Numbered from the whole stretch's first letter, positions 36,064 to 47,612 are shown. The stretch: 63,016 nucleotides of DNA, filler included, from Folioceros fuciformis (GCA_049999805.1; 12 parts of 12 records of this genome joined end to end with filler, not necessarily neighbours in it); one strand, 5' to 3'. The notes: generated by a model not told the origin, from the letters alone. Numbers and translations: made by a program.

Positions 36064-36254
36064 TGTTGCAGGCGTGTTTAATTATGAGTACATAAGCTTT
36101 GGAGACCGGAAGCTAGCTTCATGCACATCAAGGGTTTCACAACGATTTGTTGGTAGCTACTAGCTTGGTTAACATGTATGAACAATGTGGTATCATGGAA
36201 GAAGCTCAGCGAGTGTTTGATGGACTTGGTCAGAAAGATGTGGTGACATGGGCT
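36064..36254 (+). pseudogene. PLS-class pentatricopeptide repeat gene fragment
   Basis: LQAC...ALETG.*LHA..GFHNDLLVATSLVNMYEQCGIMEEAQRVFDGLGQKDVVTW matches L/S PPR motifs; has stops and no flanking ORF. Confidence 0.8.
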
Positions 36255-36829
36255 TATCTCTTTTTCAAGGTGTAGAGTTTCTCTTGGATTGGCTGACTTC
36301 TTAGATTCTCAACAACTTTGGTGTAGGTATTTTTTGACTAACATGATTAAGGATGAGCTTGTGTTTGGATGGCCACGAGTCACTGCTGATGAAGAGCTAC
36401 CATTGGCAAAAGAGTTATCTTACAGGGATTTCTTGCAACTACCTTGTAGTAATCCCATTGGATTCTAAACAATCCTTCAAAACATCAAAACTTCATCAAA
36501 CAATCCTTCACAACTTTTTCAACACTACAAGATTAGGGAAGCATGTCCCGTAGATAGTCAATTCTTCTTAGATTCATCTATAGTTTGTCCACAAGTTATC
36601 TACCATGTCTTCATGAATGTTCCAAAGCTCTTGCAAATTTCTATTTCTCCTAGCTAAGTGTTTCATTCTAACTTTGGTTGGCTTGAAATGTGGTACATCA
36701 GATCCACTGTTGAAGCTCTTTGTGTTGCCAAGCAGTTCTTTATCACATCCACCACCTCAGACAATTAATCTTTGACATCTTCATTTGTTGTGGAAAAGAG
36801 GCTTATTGTCGAATTTGTTTTCATTGCCT

Positions 36830-37320
36830 TTATGTGAAAATCCGAGTTGAATGCCCTTAGAAGACCTGTTTTTTCCCACCTATGTCTGATCATTTCTTGG
36901 ATGTTTGAAACGTGTGTCCATGCATTGAATAGCCACTCACAGCTTGGGCTTTACATATTTTAGCTTCAAATTGATAGCTGCTTTTCCACCTTCCTTCAGC
37001 TGCTCTTGAATCATGGCGGCTGTCCACTTACTGATCTCACCCTTAGAAGCATGTTTCAAATGATGTTGAAGGATAACATCACTAGGCTGTAACTTGCTGG
37101 TGCATCTAGCATGAACAAAGATCATGGGGTAAGTATTTTTAAGCCAATGAAGGAACTCCTTAGTTTTGTGAACACTCCAACAATCTATAATCCAAATACT
37201 CTTTTGTTTTGTGCCTAACCTTAATATTTCCAATGTCTTTCATAGTAGGGAAATATAATCTCCTTCACAAAAGCCTTTTATGACTCTAGTGTAGACCAAT
37301 GTGTGCTGGTGTATGTTAAA
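36830..37320 (-). mobile_element. Pogo/DDE_1-type DNA transposase remnant
   Basis: HWST.ES*K.FV..II.PY...IWIIDCWSVH....FL.WL...YP..FV.A.CTSKLQPSDV..Q..LK is a pogo-like DDD core; internal stops. Confidence 0.75.
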
Positions 37321-37340
37321 GTGAAAACCGGCCTTGAATG

Positions 37341-37442
37341 TTGAAATTCTAAAAAACATGTTAAAATTCTAAAAAACATGTTGAAATTCTAAAAAAAATG
37401 TTGAAATTCTAAAAAACATGTTGAAAACAAAATTCTAAAAAA
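37341..37442. repeat. 20-bp minisatellite, ~4.5 copies
   Basis: ttgaaattctaaaaaacatg repeated. Confidence 0.9.
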
Positions 37443-37564
37443 TATACATTATGATGCTCAACGTTTGATTTTTTTAAAAATAATTATTTCAGCATTACCC
37501 GTTGAACCAGCCCTCGGGGTTGGGTAGTCATGGTTCACCGGATGCGGGAGCCGCGGTGAACGTG

Positions 37565-37664
37565 NNNNNNNNNNNNNNNNNNNNNNNNNNNNNNNNNNNN
37601 NNNNNNNNTTAATTAATTAANNNNNNNNNNNNNNNNNNNNNNNNNNNNNNNNNNNNNNNNNNNN
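37565..37664. other. Artificial contig linker
   Basis: 44 N + TTAATTAATTAA + 44 N. Confidence 0.99.
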
Positions 37665-37935
37665 ATCAAAATGTACGACAATTACATATGAGAACGAGGA
37701 GATTTTATTGGGCAAACAAGATGAAAAAATCATCTATTGCATAAAAAGGAAGAAATAGCCTCAACGACCATGCAAAAGAGGACTAGTGATGATGTAGGTG
37801 ATAGATCTTTTATGATCCCATTTTCCAATTCAGAAATTGCTTGAATTTTTACAACAAGATAATGTTTGGAATTTACTTTAGATATATGTCATAGGATTGT
37901 TCTCAACTAACTTTTTAGATACATTAATGTTTCGT

Positions 37936-38430
37936 TTATATTATAGGAAGCATGTGAATGTGACTGAAAGGTGGAGGAAGGGTAACACTAATTTGGTCTA
38001 AGGTGAAATCATAATTGCTATACTTTATGAGACAACCTAGTTTTGTGATCAAAAAGCCTCCTTTCCTAATTCCACATGATCTTAGGAGAATACTTTGAGC
38101 CCCTTTCAGACAAGCTACACATTGTGCTTTAATGGATATTTGAGAACTCTCATCAACAATACATAAAGCCATACTAAATAGTAGTGGCACCGGCTCATCT
38201 ACCTTTTGAATGGACCACAAATGTATTGTGCTATCAGGGAACCTTGCAATTACTTCTGCTATTGCAAGATTAGTGACTTTAGTAGCCTCCTGAAATTGTT
38301 GTAAGGGGTAAAATGCAAACCCACTATCACAATCTGGTACATCCAGTTCCGGAAATGGAGAAAATCCCATGCTTGTAACACATAAAGCACATGATAGAAA
38401 AGTCCAAATGCATAGTTTAGTTAATGCCAT
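37936..38430 (-). CDS. Secreted single-domain Gnk2/DUF26 (stress-antifungal) protein
   Basis: Signal peptide MALTKLCIWTFLSCALCVTS; F.MALC...CVACLKGA...L..SC..RKGG.....GC.IKYSNYDF matches the Gnk2 cysteine/RY pattern. An alternative upstream ATG is at 38460. Confidence 0.78.
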   Translation of the reverse strand: MALTKLCIWTFLSCALCVTSMGFSPFPELDVPDCDSGFAFYPLQQFQEATKVTNLAIAEVIARFPDSTIHLWSIQKVDEPVPLLFSMALCIVDESSQISIKAQCVACLKGAQSILLRSCGIRKGGFLITKLGCLIKYSNYDFTLDQISVTLPPPFSHIHMLPII

Positions 38431-39026
38431 ATTAATTTGAGTAAGATGAAAGTTGTACATTGTATCATATGAATATTTCTATTTAAAATAAATTTTTAGA
38501 ATGATTGTTGATGTACTACCGAAGATTCTATGTTGGGAAGCAAGGCAGGGAAAGATGGGTGTGGAAAGACTTGGAGCACCGAGAGAGGGGGAGAGCAGGG
38601 CCCTCAAAAGTTGAAGTCCTAAGGGGAGAGAGGGAGCATATCAATTTACTTTGGATACATAGCCAACACTAGTCTTCTTCTCATCCTAGCTTATACAAAG
38701 GGCCTATATAAAATAAAAAAAATACACTTTTTTTAGCAAGATTTGCATACCTACATTGAGAAAATAAATGAAGTACATACTATATGTGTGTGTTGCACGT
38801 TATATTTTTTATCAAAGCAAGTAGAGATTCACATTACTTTGCAAGCTTAAAACTAAGTATATAATCTTGCTGCCTTTTTAAGATTATATACAAATAGATT
38901 GAGAACCTAGCTACCTTTATTGTTACACTTCAAGAAAATCAAAGAGCAACACCTTTCAAAAGGATATTGCTTACCTCTATTCATAATCTTCTAGTCTATG
39001 TTTGCAATTGACCTTCTTTGATTCAA

Positions 39027-39700
39027 ATGGAGAATAACCTTGGGGAGGACAAATTGGTGAGTGAAACCAATAACCAAGCCAATGAGGTGAAGTGGAGTGT
39101 GACTTACGAAGATGCAAGTCACGAACAACTATGCAACACAATTTATAAGGAACTCATGAGTGACAAACCATTTAGTGAAATCCATAAACAACATTGGAGG
39201 GTAACTCATGAAAAATCAATTGTACCAGATAGACAACTATGGACTAGTGGAAACAAACAACCACGAAGTGATGAACAACCATGGAGTGGTGCAACACAAC
39301 ACCCATGGAGTGATGAACAACCATGGATTGGTGCAACAAAACATCCATTGAGTGATGAACAACTATGGATTGGTGCAACACAACAACCATTGAGTGATGA
39401 ACGACCATGGATTAGTGCAACACAACAGCCATGGAGTGATGAACGACCATGGATTGGTGCAACCCAACATCCATTGAGTGATGAAGGACCTTGGACTAGT
39501 GCGAGGGAGCAATCATGGAGTGATCAAGGACCTTGAACAAGTGCAAGGGAACAGTCATGGATTGATGGAGGACCTTGGACTGGTGCAAGGGAACAATCAT
39601 GGATTGATGGAGGACCTTGGACTGGTGCAAGGGAACAGTCATGGAGTGATGGAGGACCTTGGACTGGTGCAAGGGAACAGTCATGGATTGATGGAGGACC
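39027..39700 (+). other. Trp-rich repeat-encoding ORF with an in-frame TGA at 39534-39536, running into the contig edge
   Basis: Unique N-terminus, then 14-aa units (PWSDEQPWIGATQH grading into SWIDGGPWTGAREQ). Confidence 0.45.
39232..39700. repeat. 42-bp tandem repeat, ~11 copies
   Basis: catggagtgatgaac(a/g)accatggattggtgcaacacaac..., later catggattgatggaggaccttggactggtgcaagggaacagt. Confidence 0.93.
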
Positions 39701-39800
39701 NNNNNNNNNNNNNNNNNNNNNNNNNNNNNNNNNNNNNNNNNNNNTTAATTAATTAANNNNNNNNNNNNNNNNNNNNNNNNNNNNNNNNNNNNNNNNNNNN
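39701..39800. other. Artificial contig linker
   Basis: 44 N + TTAATTAATTAA + 44 N. Confidence 0.99.
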
Positions 39801-40254
39801 TATTTGTATTGTGAGTTTGAACATGTTATCGTATAATGGTTGAGCGACACCTAATATAATATTAATTTCTAAATATGAGACTCAGAAATATATTATGATG
39901 TAAAACTAAATTTTATAACTATTTAATATTAATTTATTTTTATTTAAATGAAAATCAATTAAAGGACTTATTTGTTATAGACCATGATCTGAGTGGTTAC
40001 TACGCTTGATGATTTCTTATTTCACTGCAAAGATACAACCTTTCTAAGAAGAAATACCCTTACAAGTAAAATCTTTTACCTCCTATCGAAATGCCAACGA
40101 GTCATACTCCATGGAGTTCTCCTGATCCCAACTGGTTGAATAGGCCCCGCCAACTCCCGTAGCTGTTGTGGTGCTTTGGCCTGTCCCTGTCCGGACGAGC
40201 GACCGTGCTTGGCGTCGACCTTCAACGCGCACCGATTCTCTCTTATCCGCAGGT

Positions 40255-42599
40255 ATGGTGCTGCTGCGGTTGTGCTCGTCACAGCTGGGACTTTCTCTGC
40301 GTCCTGCTGCTGCGTGCCCAGCTCGCTTCCACATTCGCGGCGCAAACCCAGCCGTAGCTTCAGCATTTCGGCGAAAGGACCCGGGGAATCGAGCAGACCT
40401 GATTGTAGCGCCTCCCGTCGGCCGTCCTGACCCTTCAAGCCGCTGCTTCGCTCAGCAGGTTGAGGATGACCTTGACGGACAGGCAGGTTTGCCGCAAGCT
40501 GATGCTGAGCCTATCGACAATTTCAATCTTCTAACGAGCGTAAGCAGCCCTTACAACACTATAACAGTGCTGGAATCGCCGGCAGGCTCAGACTCGCGCT
40601 TTGCAGGCGCCAGGCTTCTGCTGCTGGATTATTCGGGTGAGCTGGACCTGTGTCTGTACTGTTTTCATTTTGAGGTGCAATGCTGGTGTATTATCCAGCA
40701 TAGATAGACTAGAGACTGGAACTAAGGTTTGTTGCAGGAAATGTACACAGCATATACAGACCGGACACAAACTGGACTGGTTCCTACTGGGTTAGTCTTG
40801 CAAGTGAAAACATGTTAAGCAGTTTTCTGTTCTCAGATGCTGCACTGGTAGGTATACGGCGCGCATGTTGATTGTTTTCTTCGCCTCTGCTCCGGCTTTC
40901 TTGTTTGTCGGATCTCAGGATGAGTTTGCAAGCCTACCAGCAATCATTCCTGAAGGCCCTGTTGCAATCCTAGGTTTGGTAAGTTGACTACGAAACTTGG
41001 TGTTTTTTGGGTCATGTGCTGTCCTTTTGCTGGAAATACCATCGGCTAGTGATGAAACCTGGGAGCTTCACCTGAAGCGGCTTCATGATACTTCGTCCTT
41101 ATTATGCTGCACTTGCTGTTTCAGGGTGGTGGGTCATCGGCAAGGCTTATTTTGGAACTGTGGCCATCTCTTAAGTTGATTGGCTACGAAATTGATGAAC
41201 TCGTACGTATTTTCATTCTTAAGACTGTCTGTGTCGGTTCTCTGTTGTGTGCACTGTTCCAGAGTTGATTTACTCCGAAGCTCAGGTGTGACCGTTTGTT
41301 TGGTCAGCTTGTCAAATGTTCGTTGAAAAATGTAGGTGATTGTAAGTGGAATGGAAGAGGAGAACATTTTCCTCATTCATACTGCACTCCAGCATAATTT
41401 GTAGATAAGTTCATAGTTTGTCAACGGAGCAGACGCAATATCAGACATGCACTGAGCACCATTTCAACCAAGTCTTCCCAGGGAAAATGCTTGGATTGTT
41501 TGTGAGTAAGAGGGCACACAAAATCATTCTGTCCTGTTCCATTGAGAGTCTGCTCCCTTCTTAGGTGTCATGCTAGCCATTTTCAATTCTGGACCAATTG
41601 TGGCATCAGCCATGCTGGAATTAAAAGTATTATCTGCCAGAATACCGTTCACTGATGTCTTTTAAAGTGACATGGCGACAGCTGGTGGGGAAGGCTAAGA
41701 TGTACCTCGGACTAGAAGAGCTGGAGGTGCCAACGAAACAAGGTGGAGTGCTGTCCATCGAAATTGCTGATGCTCTGTCGCCTGCAGCTACAGTCGAAGG
41801 TGGTTTTGCAGGTACCTGTTGTTAGGTTCTTAGTGTTGAGTTCAAGGTTGCATTCTGTTAATTTTAAAGGTCCTTCTTGGCCTCATGGTCGGATCCATGG
41901 AATACAGCAATTTAGTGTCAGCGTGTCTGGATTTCTGTCTGAGCTTGCATCACCTAGCTCGTCATTTTTGAAGCTGGGAGCTTTTGCTTAAACAACAATA
42001 CGTTGAAATGCAGGCATCATCGTTGACCTATTTGTGGATGGAGAAGTTCTACCTCAGCTTCGCAAGGCATGTCTACTGCCTCTCGTCTGTCCACCGTTTT
42101 GAAGACATGTCATGGCACTAAAAGTCGAGAAAATGTGCAGAGTGAGACGTGGAAGCAATTGAAGACGAAACTGAAGCCAGGTGGTCGAATAATGGTGAAC
42201 TGTGGAGGTGAATGCGTCGAGAAGAGTGATCCAAAAGGCGATGATCTAGACGGAACTTGGACATGGGAAGATGGGGGAAGTGCCAAAGACGCCACTCTAT
42301 CAGCGCTGTCATCAGTATTTCCAGGACAGGTAAATTGAACCTTGCCAAAGATGGCACTTTGTAAGCACGTCATTGGTATTTCCAGGAAGGTAAACTGAAC
42401 CTTTCGGTTTGAGGATAAATCTGTCCTACAAATCTGAGCCACTGGTGTCTCTGCGGCCCAGGTCTGGTGGAGAAAAATGGAGGATGGAGCTGCAGATAAT
42501 CACTTTGCACTCACTGGAGATCTTCCCGACCGCGTACGGTGGGCCAACCAGTTACCTGAAAAGCTGAAGAAAGCTGTTTTTTCCTGGAAGGCTTTGTAG
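40255..42599 (+). CDS. SAM-dependent methyltransferase superfamily protein (At5g63100-like), organelle-targeted, 8 exons
   Basis: Exons 40255-40636, 40738-40790, 40919-40978, 41125-41202, 41682-41811, 42014-42066, 42141-42329, 42462-42599. YN.I.V...RLLLLD.SGNVHSIY....WTGSYWDEFASLPAIIP.GPVAILGLGGG (motif I), GYEIDE, GIIVDLF, LKPGGRIMVNCGG. Intron 6 is GC-AG. Confidence 0.9.
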
Positions 42600-43809
42600 G
42601 AGTCAGGCACAGGCTTTAGTGGTAGTACTCAGTTTTACCCCAAAACGATCAGAGCATGCAGCATCTAGAGTATTCACGATGTCAACGGGCACACGGGCCC
42701 GAACGGTGAGTGTACAAGCCATCTTTCCACTTCAACACACGTCTCGTAACAGGGTGTGGGAAGGATTGTGATCCCCCTACGGTTCAGATGTGTACCACAT
42801 GGCCCTTCGAAGACTTTCGGAAGGAGCCGTTGGCTACAAGTGTAGCTCCTCAAGGGAGAGAAGTAGTTGTCAGATGATCTAATAGTTAAAAAAGAGATCA
42901 TACTCGGTAGTGGTGGAGGGAGCACGCAAAACGAGACTTGTGTACAGCCAGGTTGCTTCGGAGTTTGGGACAAAGTGAATGCAGATACGTCGACGTGCGC
43001 CGATACATGCATGAAGGAAGGCATCGGCATGCAGAAGAGTGTGATGAAATCATTCACTGGGAGTCTGAGACAGACGTGCACGAATATTGAAGTTGGTGTG
43101 ATATGACTTTGAGATTATCTCGCAGAGCCAGAGGTCAGGGAGGCATGGTCAAAGGTGTTGCAGAGATGAGATGATACCAAAGCTCAATGTTACGGACACG
43201 GCACTGAACCGTGCGCGCACATGAAGTCCAAATTCACTCTGACAACTGCTACTCCAGATTTGTCATTCTTGTTTGCGAGAGCAGTCAAGCTGCAGACTGG
43301 TTCACAGCAAGAGGAGATCTGCGAAATCAGACGGAACTGTCAACAGATGAGCAGCTGCGGCTATAACTTGCAGTGCTGTGTTTTCCATAATAGCAAAATG
43401 GATGGAAACAGGATATGGATGGAATCAAGCTGCCAGCACATGGCTCTCAGAGTCTAGGTCTCGCAGAGACCATGTCTATCTAACAAACACGAGATTTGCG
43501 CTCAGGAAGTCGGTGCTGGAGGTGTGTCCTGAGACAAAGAAAGCCAGGGCAACTCTATATCCTCGATCGAACAAAGACCCGCCTCGATCTGACGTCCGGA
43601 GTCGAGAAGGTGCAGACAAAGCCCATATTCCCGAGCTGCTCCGCTCCTGCAATACTGCAAGCAAAGACAACGGGACAATCGCAGGATCGAGCACATACAT
43701 GTCGTGAAAGCGAGCAGAAACCAACTCATGGGGGCACTGTAAGCAAAAGGGAAACTTGGTCAGCAAGCACACGAGGCAACAACGAGGAGAAACGTCAGAG
43801 AGCTAACAG

Positions 43810-43890
43810 ATGTGATATTGGCGCGGCTCAATCTGATGCCTTCGCTACGCCCTAGCGTTGTCATCTGATTGAGCCTTACCAACATCACAT
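43810..43890 (-). ncRNA. MIR171: MIR171 precursor hairpin; mature UUGAGCCGCGCCAAUAUCACA at 43831-43811, star arm at ~43887-43867
   Basis: Plus-strand TGTGATATTGGCGCGGCTCAATC is the reverse complement of the miR171 core; it pairs with GATTGAGCCTTACCAACATCACAT about 35 nt away, forming a near-perfect stem-loop. Confidence 0.93.
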
Positions 43891-45627
43891 ACATTTCACA
43901 ACTCAGACACCTCGTCTCTCTCCCGTCTCGCAGCCAGGCGGGAACAGAAGAGACCCAACACGGAGGACTGGAGCGGGATGTGAAGCTGATCCAAGTACGT
44001 CGTCGCATGGTAGACGGCGACAGGCAAGCCACCAGAGTAAACGACACCAGCAGTGGTTTCCTCGCTCATGACTTCCTCCAAGGACAGAGAGGTGAACTGC
44101 AGGAGTCCCAGAAATCCAGCAACACGCAATCCAGACACGCTAGGGACACGGGCGAGGCCAGTGCCACGCTTGGAACAACATGCTCTCCCAAAGCTCCGCG
44201 GACAGAGCGTGAACTCCCCACGCAGCCCTTGCCCCAGAACATCCCCAGGTAGCTAATTCACGGGTCACACAACCAAGGAGAAACCCGGCCGGTGCAGTAG
44301 GAGAGGGCAGCCCAGACAGGCAGAGCAGAGCAGAAGGGAGCAGGGCGGAGCCAAGCTGCAGGTGCAGCTCCAGCTCCGGGAGGAGAGGGAGTCCCATCTT
44401 CCCGTAGCTGCCTGGTGTGGTAGCCCAAGGCAAAGAGAATTGATGCATGGGAGGGGGAGGGAGGCCGCTCTTATCCCCCGCCGGCCCCTCTCTCTGACGT
44501 CGCCTCTGTCAGGGAGGCAATCAATTGGAGCACTTTGAATCCGCGGAGGGTGCCATGCCAGGGGGAAGAGCATCGTCCTGGGAGCTAGCGTGGCCTGGCT
44601 GGCTGGAGAGAAGCGGTGGAGGACTGGGGCCTGCCCCTGCAACAGGGCAGACAGTGCAGGCAGAGCAGGGTGCAATGCCATGCCCATCACCCCTTCCACT
44701 GCCGGAGCCATTCCCGTGGCCATCGCCACCACCATTCGCATTGACATTGCCATTCCCATGCCATCCCCCGGGAGGTTGCCTACAGAGGCTTCTGCTCGCG
44801 CCAGTCGGGCATTAAATGCGTAGCCTTTCTCACACTGAGAGTATTAGGGGGCAGTGGCAGCCCGTTTCTGGCCGCCCGGTATTGGCCACCAGTTCCCGCT
44901 TCCGCTTTAGGTACGGGTCTCCCCCACCATTCTCCAGGCTGGGCTGGCTGGCTGGCTAGCTAGCTGGCTGGGCACCCTCCAGGCATGGCCGACGCAAAAG
45001 CCCCGGCTCTGTGATGAGGCAGGCTGGTGACCCGGTCCCGGAACTCTCTCATCAGCCCCGGAACCCAACCTCAAACAAAACAAAAGAAACAACTCTGGTA
45101 GACCCGACCAGCACCTCTAGGGGTGCTACCACCTAAACCACGCGCTTAGCAAAGCCAGGCACCAATCGATTGATTCCGCTGCCAAATGCGGGCACAACGT
45201 GTAACTGCCGATCTACATGCGTAAGTCAACCGAGAAGACTTGTCAACAAGAAAACAAGTGGAGCGTACCGCCCCGCCCCTGCTCTCAGTGCAGAGCCTGG
45301 CCTGACTTGGAGTAGTAGCTGCAGGTGCAGACTTGGCAGAGCAGCAGACTGCACTGCACTGCTCTTCTCTGCTCTGCTCTGCCCTGCTCTGCCGCACTCT
45401 GCTACTATGTATAGCCGCGACCTGACACCCACTCCATTATGGATGCCCTCGCCAGAGCGCCAGCAAAGTCGACCCTGACCCAGGATAGGCCCACAGGCTG
45501 CAGCTGCTGGGTTAATGGCGCTCACATGACTTCCCCTGCGTGTACTCTTCGCAAGGCCCAGCAGCAATTAAGCTATCGTGCCCATCTCTTTCCCAGGCAC
45601 CTCCCTTTAAAGAGACATAGGCAGGCA

Positions 45628-45672
45628 GGCTCGGCTCCAGGCTCCAGGCTCGGCTCGGCCCGGCCCGGCTCA
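45628..45672. repeat. GGCTC/GGCCC pentamer simple repeat
   Basis: ggctcggctccaggctccaggctcggctcggcccggcccggctc. Confidence 0.7.
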
Positions 45673-46829
45673 CCTAGCCTCTCCTCTCCTCTGGGATCGA
45701 TCTCGCAGGATTGACGTGATCCACCCAAATGCGCAAATCGACACACACTCGCCCGCTTAGTGCTCGTCGCACGCCCATTTTTAGGCATGCCGCACATGTG
45801 GGCACGACTGGAGCCATCGTGCACCAGCCTAATACGCGCGCTCGGCCTGCAGTAAAGCAGCAGCTAAACTCGGGCTCGGTCGGTCTCACCGCGCCTTGCA
45901 AAAGCCAGCGCACCTCATGCTGCTGCCGAGCAGCCAAGTGCCAACGACATTCTCGCCCTCTTCAAGAAGCAACAAAAGGAAAGCTATCCTTTGGCATCAC
46001 CTACTTTGGAATGGCTGGCTGCTGGCTCCTTGGCTGTTGGCTGCTGGTCCCTGGCCCCCCCTGGCTCCCGGGCCCCTGGCCGTGGCCCCTGGCCCCTGGC
46101 TGCCGGCTGCGGCCTGCTGGCTGCTGGCTGCTGGGTGGGGACAAAATTGGCCTCTTCCACTCCCACCTACCTTGTCGTTTTCAGCCCTCTTTCCGATCAC
46201 AAGCCTATCGATCACGAAAAACACATACACTATGTGGATGTACACACACATTACGGCATCCCCCACTCCATCCCAACAATCTTTGTTTGTACTCCCATGG
46301 AACAGTACATGTGAATAGCTTATGAGTGACAGGAGCTAATTAGGTAGCAGCATTGTTAAAATATGTCATGACATTCAAGTCATGAGCTTTATTGAAAGAT
46401 TACTTAAAAAATTGAGTCACCATCCAATCATTGCTTCTTCTCTTCTTCCTCCTCCTCCTCCTCCTTTTCTGTTTTCCTTGCCGGCTTCTTCTCATCTTCC
46501 TCCTCCTCAAAGTTATTTCAAAGTTCTCCCATGACATGATATCAGATATATTCCATACGACTTCCAACATATATCCACAACATACCTTGCAAGAATATGT
46601 TGGCTACAAAGGATCAAAAGAGTTGTCACAAAGTACCTACCTCCTCTACCTTGAACATTTTCATGTTAAAAGAATCTTGTAACATTATCTCACCTAGACG
46701 ATGGGATAATCTACCACTCAGCATACCTACACTGTGTAGCTAATGAAATGGATGCATGTTTTGGGCTTGGTTCTTGTAATATACATTGCCACAACAACAA
46801 GGGGTGCTAGGGAGTCACAAGAGCCTCTG

Positions 46830-47612
46830 CTATTTCTTCTTTGACTTTGAGCTCTCAGCTTCACCAGTTTCCGGGTTCATGTGCACCAATATATCAGAGA
46901 AGGAGGGCATGACTTCAATCTCTTTCAACTTTGCTCCAGAACTTGTGGGTTTGATTAGCTTGGCCTCTGGCCAAGATGCTTGAGCCGGCCAAGGATTATT
47001 AGCAGGCATTAATTGAATAGTAGCTGTGTCTTCCGGAGGCAATAAAACATGTGGCCTCGCCAACAATTGAACAGCTTGTTTGAAGTTTTCCTTCTGGCCC
47101 ATCGGAACTTCGTGGTCATCTGAATCAGGACCAAAATGCAAAGCTTCCACACTTTTTAAGAGTTTGGCTTGGTTTTGCAAGTTCTTTTTAAATTGCAGGG
47201 ATGATCCAGCCCCTGTTTTATTCCTGTCATAATTTATGACCAAGGACCTATGTGATCCAGGCTTTTTTAGATTACCAGCTTCACCTCTTACCAAAGGCCT
47301 ATCGGGCCTACAGCAAAAATCAGTCTTGGTTGTAGCAATGCGCCTTAACCTATGCAATAGTGCATGATTTTCCCTCTCAATTTCCCTCAATCTAGATTCT
47401 TCCAATTGTACTCGCTTAGCATTTAATTGCTTGTCCAAGCCTCCATTAGGGCCTTTATTATCAATAGCAGCTTTCATGTGCCTCAATCGCTCCAAGTGAC
47501 GCTTATGGTGGTTGCCACGGTCCCAATCCAAATAGGGAGTTCTCCTCATGAACATTTGGTGTCTACTTTCTTGTTGGGATGCATTTAATGCATATCTACT
47601 TTTTTCAGTCAT
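46830..47612 (-). CDS. CFAP97/KIAA1430 (Hemingway)-domain cilia/flagella-associated protein, single exon
   Basis: W......HLERL..MK.AIDNK.P.......NAKR.QLEE.R..EIEREN..LL.RL..I matches the CFAP97D1/2-type consensus. Confidence 0.85.
   Translation of the reverse strand: MTEKSRYALNASQQESRHQMFMRRTPYLDWDRGNHHKRHLERLRHMKAAIDNKGPNGGLDKQLNAKRVQLEESRLREIERENHALLHRLRRIATTKTDFCCRPDRPLVRGEAGNLKKPGSHRSLVINYDRNKTGAGSSLQFKKNLQNQAKLLKSVEALHFGPDSDDHEVPMGQKENFKQAVQLLARPHVLLPPEDTATIQLMPANNPWPAQASWPEAKLIKPTSSGAKLKEIEVMPSFSDILVHMNPETGEAESSKSKKK

Noticed and set aside
37532-37564. GTTCACCG...CGGTGAAC hairpin, possibly a Helitron 3' end
   Set aside because: The contig ends before a CTRR terminus could be seen, and there is no other Helitron evidence.
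45674-46325. Several overlapping 60-200 aa ORFs
   Set aside because: They arise from GC-rich simple repeats (gctg, ggcccct) that lack stop codons; no domain or coding signature.
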